IMG/VR virus record: IMGVR_UViG_3300023198_000771
Direction: 5' to 3' (one strand)
Length of the DNA stretch: 64,000 nt
From: an uncultured virus (IMG/VR IMGVR_UViG_3300023198_000771)
Taxonomy: Duplodnaviria > Heunggongvirae > Uroviricota > Caudoviricetes > Crassvirales
Every line of letters starts with the position of its first letter. Position 1 is the first letter of the stretch. The notes under the pieces are model-generated. The model saw only the letters and a program-made list of their open reading frames with translations, did no database searches and was not told the origin of the DNA. Below are positions 35,730-45,149 of the stretch, one piece after another. The position numbers and the translations under genes were made by a program.

Positions 35730-37112
35730 ATGAATCCAGATGCAGTTGCGCAATTATACGCCTCAGACATTGTTTCAGGTTTTGATATTCACAAGCCTGA
35801 GAAATTGAATACCCTATTCTCCCGTTATGGAGATCAGGGAGCTTCCTACTTCCAATTACTCAGATCCATGGGATTTGAGAAGGAAGTATCACTCGATACC
35901 TATTCACACTACGAAGAGAACCGAATCCATGAGATTTGTGTTGTAGATGCTATTGTGTCTCAACCGGCAATCGGGGCAGTCATTAAGTTTACACTCGATG
36001 CAACCTCATTGGACGCAAACAATAACTTCTATGTAAGGCTATGGGATGTTATCCTGTTCCCTAATGAAGTTACCGGTTCGGTTACGCTCATCGAGGATGC
36101 CGGTACGACCACACCGGACATTACCTGTACGTTGAATGATGATACCGAGCAGTTCCCGGCTCTCGCAGCCTTGGACGAGTTGATCATTATTTCCAATGCT
36201 TTCTCTGAAGGATCCGGTCAGCCCGATCCTGCTATCAGGGGAACATGGGAGTATGAGAACGATGCTCAGATCATCAAGGAAACTATTGGTGTAACTGGTT
36301 CGGAAATGGTGAACCAAACTTGGTTCCAGGTTAATACCATGGGAGCCAAGACCAGTGCCTACTACCACTTAGGTCAAGTGGATATTGACTATCGAACTGC
36401 CCTGCGTATCGATGGTGCGCTACTTTTCGGTAAGAGAACCGTCAACACCTTACTCGTTGATCCCGTAACTGGTCGGCCTATCAAGACCACAGAGGGGGTG
36501 GTACCCTATATTCGTAGGGTTGGAAACGAGCAGTCATACGTTTCCGGAACATTTGATGTTCTGGAATTTGACGAGATGGACAATACCCTTGACCGTGAAG
36601 GGGCCGGGAATTATATTCTTGGTTTACTTGGAATCACCCTCTCCCAGGACATTGAGAACAGCCTGGTAACTTACTTTGCAGACACCAATATCCAGTATGC
36701 AAGGCAGACTTCCAATGATGTGCTGTTCAATGCCAATGAATCTCTGGCTGCATCGGTGAACTTCAAGTATCTCACCAAGTCGGAGAGAACCTTCCTGTTC
36801 AAAAGGATGGGCGTTCTTAACAACCCTAAACTCTACGGAGCAGCCGGTTATGAGAACATCGGTCCCAAACTTGGAATGTTCATGCCTATCAACAAGAAGA
36901 AAGACCCCGTTAGCGGAAACATGGTCGAGTCCATTGGTACCAGGTACCGTGGCTTGGGCAAATACAACCGCAGGATGGAAGTCTGGCAAGTTGGTGGTGC
37001 AGGAGAAGGTTTGAAGGTGACGGACATCGATGACCGTAATACCTACCAACGCTGCCATGTGGGAGCGCATTTCCGTGGTGGGAATCAAATGGTCCTGATG
37101 GAACCGGCATAG
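35730..37112 (+). CDS. Major capsid protein
   Basis: 460 aa, FSEGSGQP...N..QIIKE...V.GSE, TTEG; position; strong terminator after. Confidence 0.85.
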   Translation: MNPDAVAQLYASDIVSGFDIHKPEKLNTLFSRYGDQGASYFQLLRSMGFEKEVSLDTYSHYEENRIHEICVVDAIVSQPAIGAVIKFTLDATSLDANNNFYVRLWDVILFPNEVTGSVTLIEDAGTTTPDITCTLNDDTEQFPALAALDELIIISNAFSEGSGQPDPAIRGTWEYENDAQIIKETIGVTGSEMVNQTWFQVNTMGAKTSAYYHLGQVDIDYRTALRIDGALLFGKRTVNTLLVDPVTGRPIKTTEGVVPYIRRVGNEQSYVSGTFDVLEFDEMDNTLDREGAGNYILGLLGITLSQDIENSLVTYFADTNIQYARQTSNDVLFNANESLAASVNFKYLTKSERTFLFKRMGVLNNPKLYGAAGYENIGPKLGMFMPINKKKDPVSGNMVESIGTRYRGLGKYNRRMEVWQVGGAGEGLKVTDIDDRNTYQRCHVGAHFRGGNQMVLMEPA

Positions 37113-37128
37113 TAGATGCCTAATACTT

Positions 37129-37159
37129 GGAGGGGGTATCCGTACCCCTTCCTTTTTTT
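37129..37159 (+). terminator. Intrinsic terminator after major capsid gene
   Basis: GGAGGGGGTA-tccg-TACCCCTTCC-TTTTTTT. Confidence 0.9.
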
Positions 37160-37183
37160 CACTTTTTAATTAAATCAAACGCT

Positions 37184-38107
37184 ATGTTATATAAGAATGA
37201 CGAGATCTACAAAATGAGTAATGAGGACCACAGGAAAATCAATAAGATGTATCCTAAGTTTCCCATTCGGCTAATCTATCCGGAGTCCCGGGTTAAAAAA
37301 TCCAGGTCGAAGCATAACAGGCTTCCGGACAAACCAAACTCAATATCCTTTCCCCTCAAGGCAGCCGTCAGGACGGATAAAGGAGTAGAGAATTGGAGAT
37401 ATGCAGAGAATAAAATCATTGGTACAAATGGACGTACTATATGGCAACCGCACAACCTGATCCTTAGAGGCTCTATGATGTTGGAGAAGTCAGATATTGA
37501 ACTGGTGTTCTGGTTAGTTAATTGTTGCCCATTCCTTCAGGGCGGGGCAAACTGGAACGAGAAGGTGGCTAAGTGTGTCATCGAGGATCTACGTGGTGCT
37601 GCTGAGATAAAGGCAAAGAAGGAAGAGGAAATGGCCACCGTGAAGGCCATGATCTATTCGTCAACAATGGGAATGGGAGAGAAGAAGCTACGCTTAGTGG
37701 CAAAGGCTTATTTTATCAGCGATGTAAATGAACTATCCTACGCCCAGGTGAAACTTGCAGTCGAGAACACCATTATGAGGGATAAGAGAACGGGTATTAA
37801 GAAGTTCCTTGATATGGTTGAGGCTGAACAGGTGATCTCTGTGAGATCTAACCTGCAAAGCGCAGTTGACCGTGAGTTGATAACTTATATGGTTACAAAC
37901 AAGCAGTGGGCTTGGGTGACCGGAAAAGGACAGAAGAACGAACCTATTTGCCAGATTGGAGCAGGTGCGGATCCGAGTGAAGCACTATACGATTATTACC
38001 TTGGAAACAGAGGTTTCGCACAGGAACTTGCGGCCTCCCTTAAAGGAAAGACAGTTGTTATGGCTGCCGGTGCCGGTGGCCTTGACGATGATCAAGATCC
38101 GGAGTAG
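37184..38107 (+). CDS. Conserved crAss-like protein downstream of major capsid gene
   Basis: Start MLYKND at 37184; call from position. Confidence 0.65.
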   Translation: MLYKNDEIYKMSNEDHRKINKMYPKFPIRLIYPESRVKKSRSKHNRLPDKPNSISFPLKAAVRTDKGVENWRYAENKIIGTNGRTIWQPHNLILRGSMMLEKSDIELVFWLVNCCPFLQGGANWNEKVAKCVIEDLRGAAEIKAKKEEEMATVKAMIYSSTMGMGEKKLRLVAKAYFISDVNELSYAQVKLAVENTIMRDKRTGIKKFLDMVEAEQVISVRSNLQSAVDRELITYMVTNKQWAWVTGKGQKNEPICQIGAGADPSEALYDYYLGNRGFAQELAASLKGKTVVMAAGAGGLDDDQDPE

Positions 38108-38135
38108 TGTTTCGATAGGATATAGGATGTTATTT

Positions 38136-38166
38136 GTGCCGTATCCTTGAAATAGGGGTACGGCAT
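38136..38166. terminator. Hairpin (terminator or processing site)
   Basis: TGCCGTATCC...GGGTACGGCA; lacks a clear U-tract. Confidence 0.45.
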
Positions 38167-38187
38167 ACTTACGTAAACTAAACAGAA

Positions 38188-38622
38188 ATGAGCGCAACAA
38201 ACAGTTTTGAATCAGCAATTCTTCGGCACATACTACTGAACGATCCCATCACTGGATTGGGTGACGCAGGGGGCCTGCTTCCATCAGTAGTGGCAGGAAG
38301 CGTTTATGTTGCCTTATTGTCTCAGGATCCCGGGGAAGATGGTCTTATAACCAATGAAGCTACATACGGTGGCTATGCCCGGGTAGCTGTTCCACGAAGC
38401 GGGGCGGGATGGGTTGAGGCCAACGGGATAGCTCGTAATTTTGCTAACGTAAATTTCCCTGAGTGTACCGGTGGATCCGAAACAGATACACACTTTGCAA
38501 TTTGCACCTCCCCTACAGGAAGCACTATGATATTACACGGTGTCTTACCGTCACCAGCATTAGTTTCAATAGGAGTTCAACTACAGTTCGGCCCAAATAC
38601 GCTTGCAATAAACTATGATTAA
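38188..38622 (+). CDS. Small virion/fibre-associated protein
   Basis: YVALL..DPGE.G...EA.Y.GYAR..V; paralogue of 44086-44625. Confidence 0.65.
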   Translation: MSATNSFESAILRHILLNDPITGLGDAGGLLPSVVAGSVYVALLSQDPGEDGLITNEATYGGYARVAVPRSGAGWVEANGIARNFANVNFPECTGGSETDTHFAICTSPTGSTMILHGVLPSPALVSIGVQLQFGPNTLAINYD

Positions 38623-38644
38623 CATAATTAAAAAAAATTAGACC

Positions 38645-40333
38645 ATGGCAATTAACGCAGCACACGTTTCCGTTGCAGCAAACGGAGACATAAGATGGAC
38701 GGGGGCAGCTGAAACATATACAGTTTTGGAGCTTCACCGATTTTTACAGGACCTTGCGGATCAGCAGCAAGCCTCTGGCGATGATCTTGTGGACATCACA
38801 AGTAGCACTCCTTCAGAAAGGAGTACAGACAACATTGTTACTCTCTTAGGAACCTACAATATAGATGCTACAATGGCACAGCATCTCTATGATGGATCTA
38901 TCACTCAGGGAGCAGGAGATGAGGTTTATTCCGGACTCGTAGTTGTGGGATCAGTAAACCTGGCAACAACTCTAATGATCATTCAGGATGATGCTCTCTA
39001 TGATGATGGCGTTCATACTCCCGCAACACCTTTTTGGGGAACAGGACTTAATGCGGATGCAGCTAACAATGTTCTTATGCGCTGCATGGTCCTGACCAGA
39101 ACATTAGGAGCCGATGTTGATGCTAAAAGGATTCGTGTACAAGCCAGGGAATATTTTGATTCCTATGCTGAGTTCTCTGTTACAATGGGGCTGGGTAATG
39201 CTACGGCTGCGATCTTTACAGTTGATGATCTGAACAACGCAACGGCAGCAGCAACAGTAGCCACATGGACCACAATCACGAATGTTGAGGGGTATCAGCT
39301 TATCGACCTGAATAATGGAAATGGCCCAGAGCCATATTACTCTCAGTGGAACAGAGACACTTACACCATTAACCAGCTTTATGAAAGAGCCAAATGGTTG
39401 ACAAGGAGAGGTGCCACTGTTACAGACATCTACGGAAAGGATGGAGAGTTATTCCGTGGGATTACCCATGAGATCGTGGTTGACACACCCACCGGAACCT
39501 TTTCTGCAACAGAAGTTGTTACCTGGGGAACCGGGGCCACAGCAGGAAGTGGGTTGATGGTTGCCATAAACAGCACAACTGCACCAACGAAGATGTGGAT
39601 ACAGCAATTGAACGGAATATTACCAACAGACGGGCTAACCATTACTGGTGTTTCTACCGCAACGGCTGATGTGAATACAACCATAACCGGACGGTCATTA
39701 GCTCCTTGCTTCTTGGGGCAGTCAACTGGAACAGCCATCATCGGTGCTTATGGGGTTGGAATTGAATTAGCCGATCTTACGGTTGCTGACAAGCTATTCG
39801 ACCTGAACAACGTCCTTCAGGCACCACCAAACAACGTCACATTTTCCGTGGCAGGATTAGTCGTTGCTCAGGACTATGTTCTTGTAGGACCCAAGGATGT
39901 TGGGAATGACTTTGAGTTTGATCAGATGACCTTGGCTACCACTCTAAATGGGGCATCTGAAACATCGGTAGTGGTACAGGCTGCATCTATCCCTGCAGAC
40001 ACGCCACAGACCGGAATACTCAGAATAACCCTGAACAGTGGTATTAAGCGAAGGATAGCTTACACGGCCCATACGGGAGGGAATACATTCACCATTGCAT
40101 CAAGTAGCTTTGTTGCAGATCCAGCAGCAAGCACTAATGGGGTGATGCTTGGGTATATTGATCTACTTGCTGTTTCTACATCTGAGACTTTCACGGTAGT
40201 ATATGTTTCGGACCGGGACCTATTTGTTAGGGTACGTGATGGAGGCGCAACACCGATTAAAACCTTTGAGACACCAGCAACACTTGGATCAGCCGGTGGT
40301 AGCTCAACAGCCATTAGAACCTCAGACTTATAA
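38645..40333 (+). CDS. Virion structural protein
   Basis: T/A/G-rich, in structural operon. Confidence 0.65.
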   Translation: MAINAAHVSVAANGDIRWTGAAETYTVLELHRFLQDLADQQQASGDDLVDITSSTPSERSTDNIVTLLGTYNIDATMAQHLYDGSITQGAGDEVYSGLVVVGSVNLATTLMIIQDDALYDDGVHTPATPFWGTGLNADAANNVLMRCMVLTRTLGADVDAKRIRVQAREYFDSYAEFSVTMGLGNATAAIFTVDDLNNATAAATVATWTTITNVEGYQLIDLNNGNGPEPYYSQWNRDTYTINQLYERAKWLTRRGATVTDIYGKDGELFRGITHEIVVDTPTGTFSATEVVTWGTGATAGSGLMVAINSTTAPTKMWIQQLNGILPTDGLTITGVSTATADVNTTITGRSLAPCFLGQSTGTAIIGAYGVGIELADLTVADKLFDLNNVLQAPPNNVTFSVAGLVVAQDYVLVGPKDVGNDFEFDQMTLATTLNGASETSVVVQAASIPADTPQTGILRITLNSGIKRRIAYTAHTGGNTFTIASSSFVADPAASTNGVMLGYIDLLAVSTSETFTVVYVSDRDLFVRVRDGGATPIKTFETPATLGSAGGSSTAIRTSDL

Positions 40334-40342
40334 TCAGAGGTC

Positions 40343-42610
40343 ATGGCAATAACCGTCACACCCGATTGGGTAGTAGTCAATAGTGCCGAGGCCACAACTG
40401 GATGGTCAGCTGTAGGAGGTCAGGGCGCAGCGGCTATTACCCTAAAAGCACAGGGAACCTATTCCATTGACTCTGATCCAAATGGTACGGGGCTAAAAGG
40501 ATTATCACACCTTTTAGCTACTGCCGTGGATATTCGTGATCAGCACGTATTGATGTGGTTGGCGGTTGGTACTAATGAGGTCAATACCTTTGCAAACGGT
40601 GGTCACAGGATTCGCCTGGGGGCCACTTCTGCAACGTCCAATTATCGGGAGTTCTATGTAGGGGGTAACGATAAGGGCCTTGGTTCTGTAAAAGGGATGT
40701 GGAACGCTTATTGCGTTGACACCAGAAGGGCGGCAGACAATGTGAACGGAACCTTAAACATGAACTCTGTAAGAGCCTTCGGTCATATAAATAATATCAC
40801 AATCGTTCCAAACGGTATTAACTCCCTATTCTTTAATGACCAGATCATTAGGGGAAGGGAGCTTCATGTTTTGGGTACAGCCGGAGATACCCCGGGCATA
40901 GCTGCCAATGATGCGACCAATGGCCGGGGGATTTTTAAGGATGTAAATGGTATTTATTATATACTTGGTAGAGTCAGGATTGGGGCTACAGCTGCGGCCA
41001 CTGCTTCTGATTTTACAGACACCCTGAAGGTATGGAATTTTGAGGACCAGGTGGTAAGCGCAACATTCCATAAGGTTGAATTAGTTGGTAGTTCAGGGGG
41101 AGTAAATACCGCAATCTTTGGAACAAAGATCGGAACCGGGGTTGCTGCCTCCGGAGCCGGTGGAAACACCTTCTTATCGGGTGGTACAGTTCCATTTAGG
41201 GTTGAGGCTATAGATTCCCTCATCACCGTAGGGTTCTATGGATGTATCTTTACAGGTCCGTCAGCTCAAAAGCAAGATAACCTAAGATACTACGCCACCT
41301 TTACAGGAGCCACTTACACAGAGGATACGGAGGATGCTGGCGATGCTTTGACGGGAGATATATTATTCATGCCTGCATCAGAGGGTGTTGGTGACGGATG
41401 TGTGTTCGGCCATGAGGACAAATTCAGTCAACTTAACATCACCATAAGCACAGCCGGAACCGTTGGAGCCGGTGTGTGGGAATATTGGAATGGTACGGCC
41501 TGGGCTGCATTAACCGATGTTACTGATGGAACAAATCAACTCAAAGCAACCCCAGGGGTCTATACCGTAACATACGCCATACCCGATGATTGGGCCGAAC
41601 AAACACTGGATACGGATAGGAATTTCTATTTCCTACGTTTCCGTGTAACTACGGTTTACACAGTAAATCCCGTTGGCACACTGGCTAACTGCACCATGGG
41701 AGGAACAGTCAGAATGGAAGCCTCAACAGTAGAATCTATCGGTTGTACATATACAGGGATGGATGGGATAAGGATTAGGAATGGGGCAATATTACGCAAA
41801 GCAGTTATAAGCAATTCAGTGTCGAGTGCTAAATATGCTGCACTGGATCTTGGGTCTGCCGATCCTGCAACAGACACGGTGAGGGAGATTACCATATTGA
41901 ACTCAACAAATGGGATCTTACTTAAAGGTACCAGTGCCGGGGCTACTACTTATAATCTTAACAATATTAAGTTCTCAGGAAACACCAATGATGTAAGGGT
42001 AGATTTCCCTGCAGGCGCAACTATAACTATCAATATCCTAAACGGTGGAGATACCCCATCCATACAAAATGTAAATGGGTCCACGGTAACCATTGTAAAC
42101 GCAGTCTCAGTTAAAGTTACCTGTCAGGATGCCACAACATTTGCTGATCTGCAATCTGCAAGAGTTCTTTTAGAGGCGTTTACCGGAGGAGCTTTACCTT
42201 ATGATGTAACAGTCACCATAACCAGGGTAACCACAACGGCTACAGTGGCGCATACGACTCACGGATTTAAGGTGGGGGAGAAGGTAACAATAAGAGATGC
42301 TGTTCAGCCAGAATACAATGGAGTAAAAACTATCACTGCCATTACCACTGATACTTATGATTACACGGTATCCGGAACACCAACTACCCCGGCTACAGGA
42401 ACAATAAAAGCCACAGCAGTAATCCTTGATGGAGATACGGATGTAAATGGTGAGATCCTTAACTCAGGGTTTAATTATAATGGAGTTCAGCCAGTGTTGG
42501 GAACTGCAAGAAAGTCATCTATAACTCCGTTTTACAAAACATCAAAGATACCAGGCGAGATCACAACAGCAGGATTTAACACAGTAACACTTTTGATCAA
42601 AGATGAATAA
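40343..42610 (+). CDS. Virion structural protein with beta-helix-like and FCCH-like segments
   Basis: T/G-rich; TATVAHTTHGFKVGEKVTI...YNG...IT motif. Confidence 0.6.
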   Translation: MAITVTPDWVVVNSAEATTGWSAVGGQGAAAITLKAQGTYSIDSDPNGTGLKGLSHLLATAVDIRDQHVLMWLAVGTNEVNTFANGGHRIRLGATSATSNYREFYVGGNDKGLGSVKGMWNAYCVDTRRAADNVNGTLNMNSVRAFGHINNITIVPNGINSLFFNDQIIRGRELHVLGTAGDTPGIAANDATNGRGIFKDVNGIYYILGRVRIGATAAATASDFTDTLKVWNFEDQVVSATFHKVELVGSSGGVNTAIFGTKIGTGVAASGAGGNTFLSGGTVPFRVEAIDSLITVGFYGCIFTGPSAQKQDNLRYYATFTGATYTEDTEDAGDALTGDILFMPASEGVGDGCVFGHEDKFSQLNITISTAGTVGAGVWEYWNGTAWAALTDVTDGTNQLKATPGVYTVTYAIPDDWAEQTLDTDRNFYFLRFRVTTVYTVNPVGTLANCTMGGTVRMEASTVESIGCTYTGMDGIRIRNGAILRKAVISNSVSSAKYAALDLGSADPATDTVREITILNSTNGILLKGTSAGATTYNLNNIKFSGNTNDVRVDFPAGATITINILNGGDTPSIQNVNGSTVTIVNAVSVKVTCQDATTFADLQSARVLLEAFTGGALPYDVTVTITRVTTTATVAHTTHGFKVGEKVTIRDAVQPEYNGVKTITAITTDTYDYTVSGTPTTPATGTIKATAVILDGDTDVNGEILNSGFNYNGVQPVLGTARKSSITPFYKTSKIPGEITTAGFNTVTLLIKDE

Positions 42611-42950
42611 GATAATAGAGATTGACAGAGATCCCATGAATAGCAAAGGGAAAAGGGTACCATGGAGTGAGCTTAATCCTTTGGAGAAGGAAACTGCTTT
42701 GCGAAAAAAAGCAGAAGCCTTGCTGCAGGCTATGAACAGTAGAGTGATAGTATTGGAAAAGGAAAATGCTGCGCTCTTAGAGAAGAATGTTATCTTACTC
42801 AAGGAGCAGCAGAGGGATAATGAAAACAGGCATGGGCAAAATATCATCATGAATAATGCCATGTCCAATAACAATAAGCAAGTTGAAGATTGCGTAGCGG
42901 AAATAAGCCTATTAAAAAGAAGGCTAAGGAAATACGAAAAAGTTGACTAA
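42603..42950 (+). CDS. Coiled-coil protein
   Basis: Heptad L/E/K/N pattern. Confidence 0.6.
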   Translation: MNKIIEIDRDPMNSKGKRVPWSELNPLEKETALRKKAEALLQAMNSRVIVLEKENAALLEKNVILLKEQQRDNENRHGQNIIMNNAMSNNNKQVEDCVAEISLLKRRLRKYEKVD

Positions 42951-44086
42951 TGGCCATATCTATCGATTGGGGAACAAGAGTAATAAACGTACCAAGGCTT
43001 GACCTGACATTAATCCAGGCAAGCCCCACGGAGATACGTGAATTAAATCTTAATGCCTTTCACCTTGAACTAAAAAATCTGGAAGATGGTGAGGATGGTA
43101 TGCCGTTCCCAGACACTCATAGTCACAACACTGAGGTAACACTTGGAGGATTGACCTATGCCAGAGTAATCGAGATGATAAATGGATATACAGTAACCTT
43201 TGAGAACGGGGCTTATGCCGTGAACCTAACAGGAGCCAATTCCAATGTTGGTGATGTAATCAATGTAAACAATGTATCCGTTCGTTCTGCAAACTCAGCA
43301 GGTTTAATAACAAGTAAAGACATTGAATTTGCCTCATTCGATGGAGGGGTAACCGTAGATACATCTAACACAACAGGATTAGCTGGGTCGGGAACTATTT
43401 ATCCTACAGGAACCAACCAAAGACCAGTAGATAATCTGGCTGATGCTGCATTGATAGCAGCCTTCAGAGGTTTTAAACGTATTTTTGTAAAAGGCAATCT
43501 AATCGTCACCAACGATGCTGCCTGGACAGGGTTTGAATTTATAGGATCAAGCCCAATCAAAACACTCATAACAATTCCTGCAATAGCCGAAGTGTTAAAC
43601 TGCGAGTTTTATGATGCAGAAGTAATCGGCACACTGGACGGTAATTCCCACATAGAGAATGGAATTGTTCAAAACCTGGTATTTGTAGATGGGTATATTA
43701 AAGAGTGCGCCCTTGGGGATATATCGCTTGGTACTTCTACCATAGCTAATATATGGGATTGTAAATCATCAGTACCAGGACCAACAACACCCATCATTGA
43801 TATGAATGGTAGTGGTATTCTTTCGATGAGAGAGTATAATGGAGGTGTAAAAATAATTAACTATAACGGGGCAGGATCACATAGCATTGACCTTAACTCA
43901 GGTCAGGTAATATTAGACTCAGCCACAGTAGTCAGCGGCACATGGGTTATAAGGGGTGTAGGTAAATTAGTAGATGAATTAGGTAACCCTATTATAACTG
44001 GGTCCTGGAATGGAGCAACTATTATTAATGAAACCATATCTGTTGAATCAGTTACGGAAGGGGTGTGGAATAAAGTTTTACCATAA
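42950..44086 (+). CDS. Virion structural protein
   Basis: Beta-rich; TAATG-coupled. Confidence 0.6.
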   Translation: MAISIDWGTRVINVPRLDLTLIQASPTEIRELNLNAFHLELKNLEDGEDGMPFPDTHSHNTEVTLGGLTYARVIEMINGYTVTFENGAYAVNLTGANSNVGDVINVNNVSVRSANSAGLITSKDIEFASFDGGVTVDTSNTTGLAGSGTIYPTGTNQRPVDNLADAALIAAFRGFKRIFVKGNLIVTNDAAWTGFEFIGSSPIKTLITIPAIAEVLNCEFYDAEVIGTLDGNSHIENGIVQNLVFVDGYIKECALGDISLGTSTIANIWDCKSSVPGPTTPIIDMNGSGILSMREYNGGVKIINYNGAGSHSIDLNSGQVILDSATVVSGTWVIRGVGKLVDELGNPIITGSWNGATIINETISVESVTEGVWNKVLP

Positions 44087-44625
44087 TGACAACAGGAGAA
44101 TTATTAGTAACAATGTCAACACTGACCACGGGAACTGCCCTGGCACATTTCACTAATATAAGTTTTGGTGGTGGTGGAGGTATTGGTGCTGACGATGCTA
44201 CTGACTATATGGAGCAGGCTGTTGTTGAACTTCTGTTTATGAACGCTGATCTACCGCTTATTGGTGACCAGGGCGGGTTAAAAGGATCAGATATTGAAGG
44301 CAACCTGTACATGGCCTTATTGACCGGGGATCCAGGCGAGGCCGGGAGCCAGCTGGTTGAGGCCGCATACTCAGGTTACACCAGGATCCCAATCATTAGG
44401 GGGCCGCTTGGATGGGAGTATAAGGATGGTGGAGCAAAGAATATTCCAATGGCCACATGGCAACCTAACAATGATGCACAAGTTACCGTTACATATATTG
44501 CAGTGATGGATTCTTTAGAGGGAGGTAATATGTTGTTTAGAAAAGAACTGGCAATCCCGGTAAACATCCCAACTGGTGACCAAGCGCAGATAAACTATAA
44601 TCAGGTAAGTGTAAAAATGAATTAA
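44086..44625 (+). CDS. Virion/fibre-associated protein, paralogue of 38188-38622
   Basis: LYMALLTGDPGEAG...EAAYSGYTR. Confidence 0.65.
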   Translation: MTTGELLVTMSTLTTGTALAHFTNISFGGGGGIGADDATDYMEQAVVELLFMNADLPLIGDQGGLKGSDIEGNLYMALLTGDPGEAGSQLVEAAYSGYTRIPIIRGPLGWEYKDGGAKNIPMATWQPNNDAQVTVTYIAVMDSLEGGNMLFRKELAIPVNIPTGDQAQINYNQVSVKMN

Positions 44626-44626
44626 C

Positions 44627-45148
44627 ATGAATAAGACATACAAAAGCCGGTTAGATTTTTTGGAGGCACAGATGCTTAAAGCGATGAGTGCAGCTATGCC
44701 ATTATTGTCAAAGACTGATTTTGATTTGGTTTTTGCTGGCGCATTAGCAGACAAGGACATTTCATCATCTTTCTTGGTGATCGCTAACTCGAAAAAGATA
44801 GGTCAAAACTTCAAAACATTTATTGTCAACAAGGAATGGTTAAAAGATAGCGATCTTACGGTACATGAAGATCAAATGGTGTTTATTTATAGGGGTACTA
44901 ATTGTACCATCGAAAGATATACCGCTGACCATCTCGAATTAAAATTAATTACAGAAGATACCGATGCCCACATCCTCATCCAGGAAGCACCTGTTGAAGA
45001 AGTAAGAATTAAATATCTACGCCTGGGAGGGTCAGGAAAACCAGTTAGCGAACTGAAAGGAAAGGCTAAAACTAAAGAGAAGAAAGTATTGGCCGACCTT
45101 GAAACTTGGAAGGAACAGTACAGAGGTTATAATAAAACACCTAACTAA
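44627..45148 (+). CDS. Hypothetical protein
   Basis: ORF in operon. Confidence 0.6.
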   Translation: MNKTYKSRLDFLEAQMLKAMSAAMPLLSKTDFDLVFAGALADKDISSSFLVIANSKKIGQNFKTFIVNKEWLKDSDLTVHEDQMVFIYRGTNCTIERYTADHLELKLITEDTDAHILIQEAPVEEVRIKYLRLGGSGKPVSELKGKAKTKEKKVLADLETWKEQYRGYNKTPN

Positions 45149-45149
45149 G

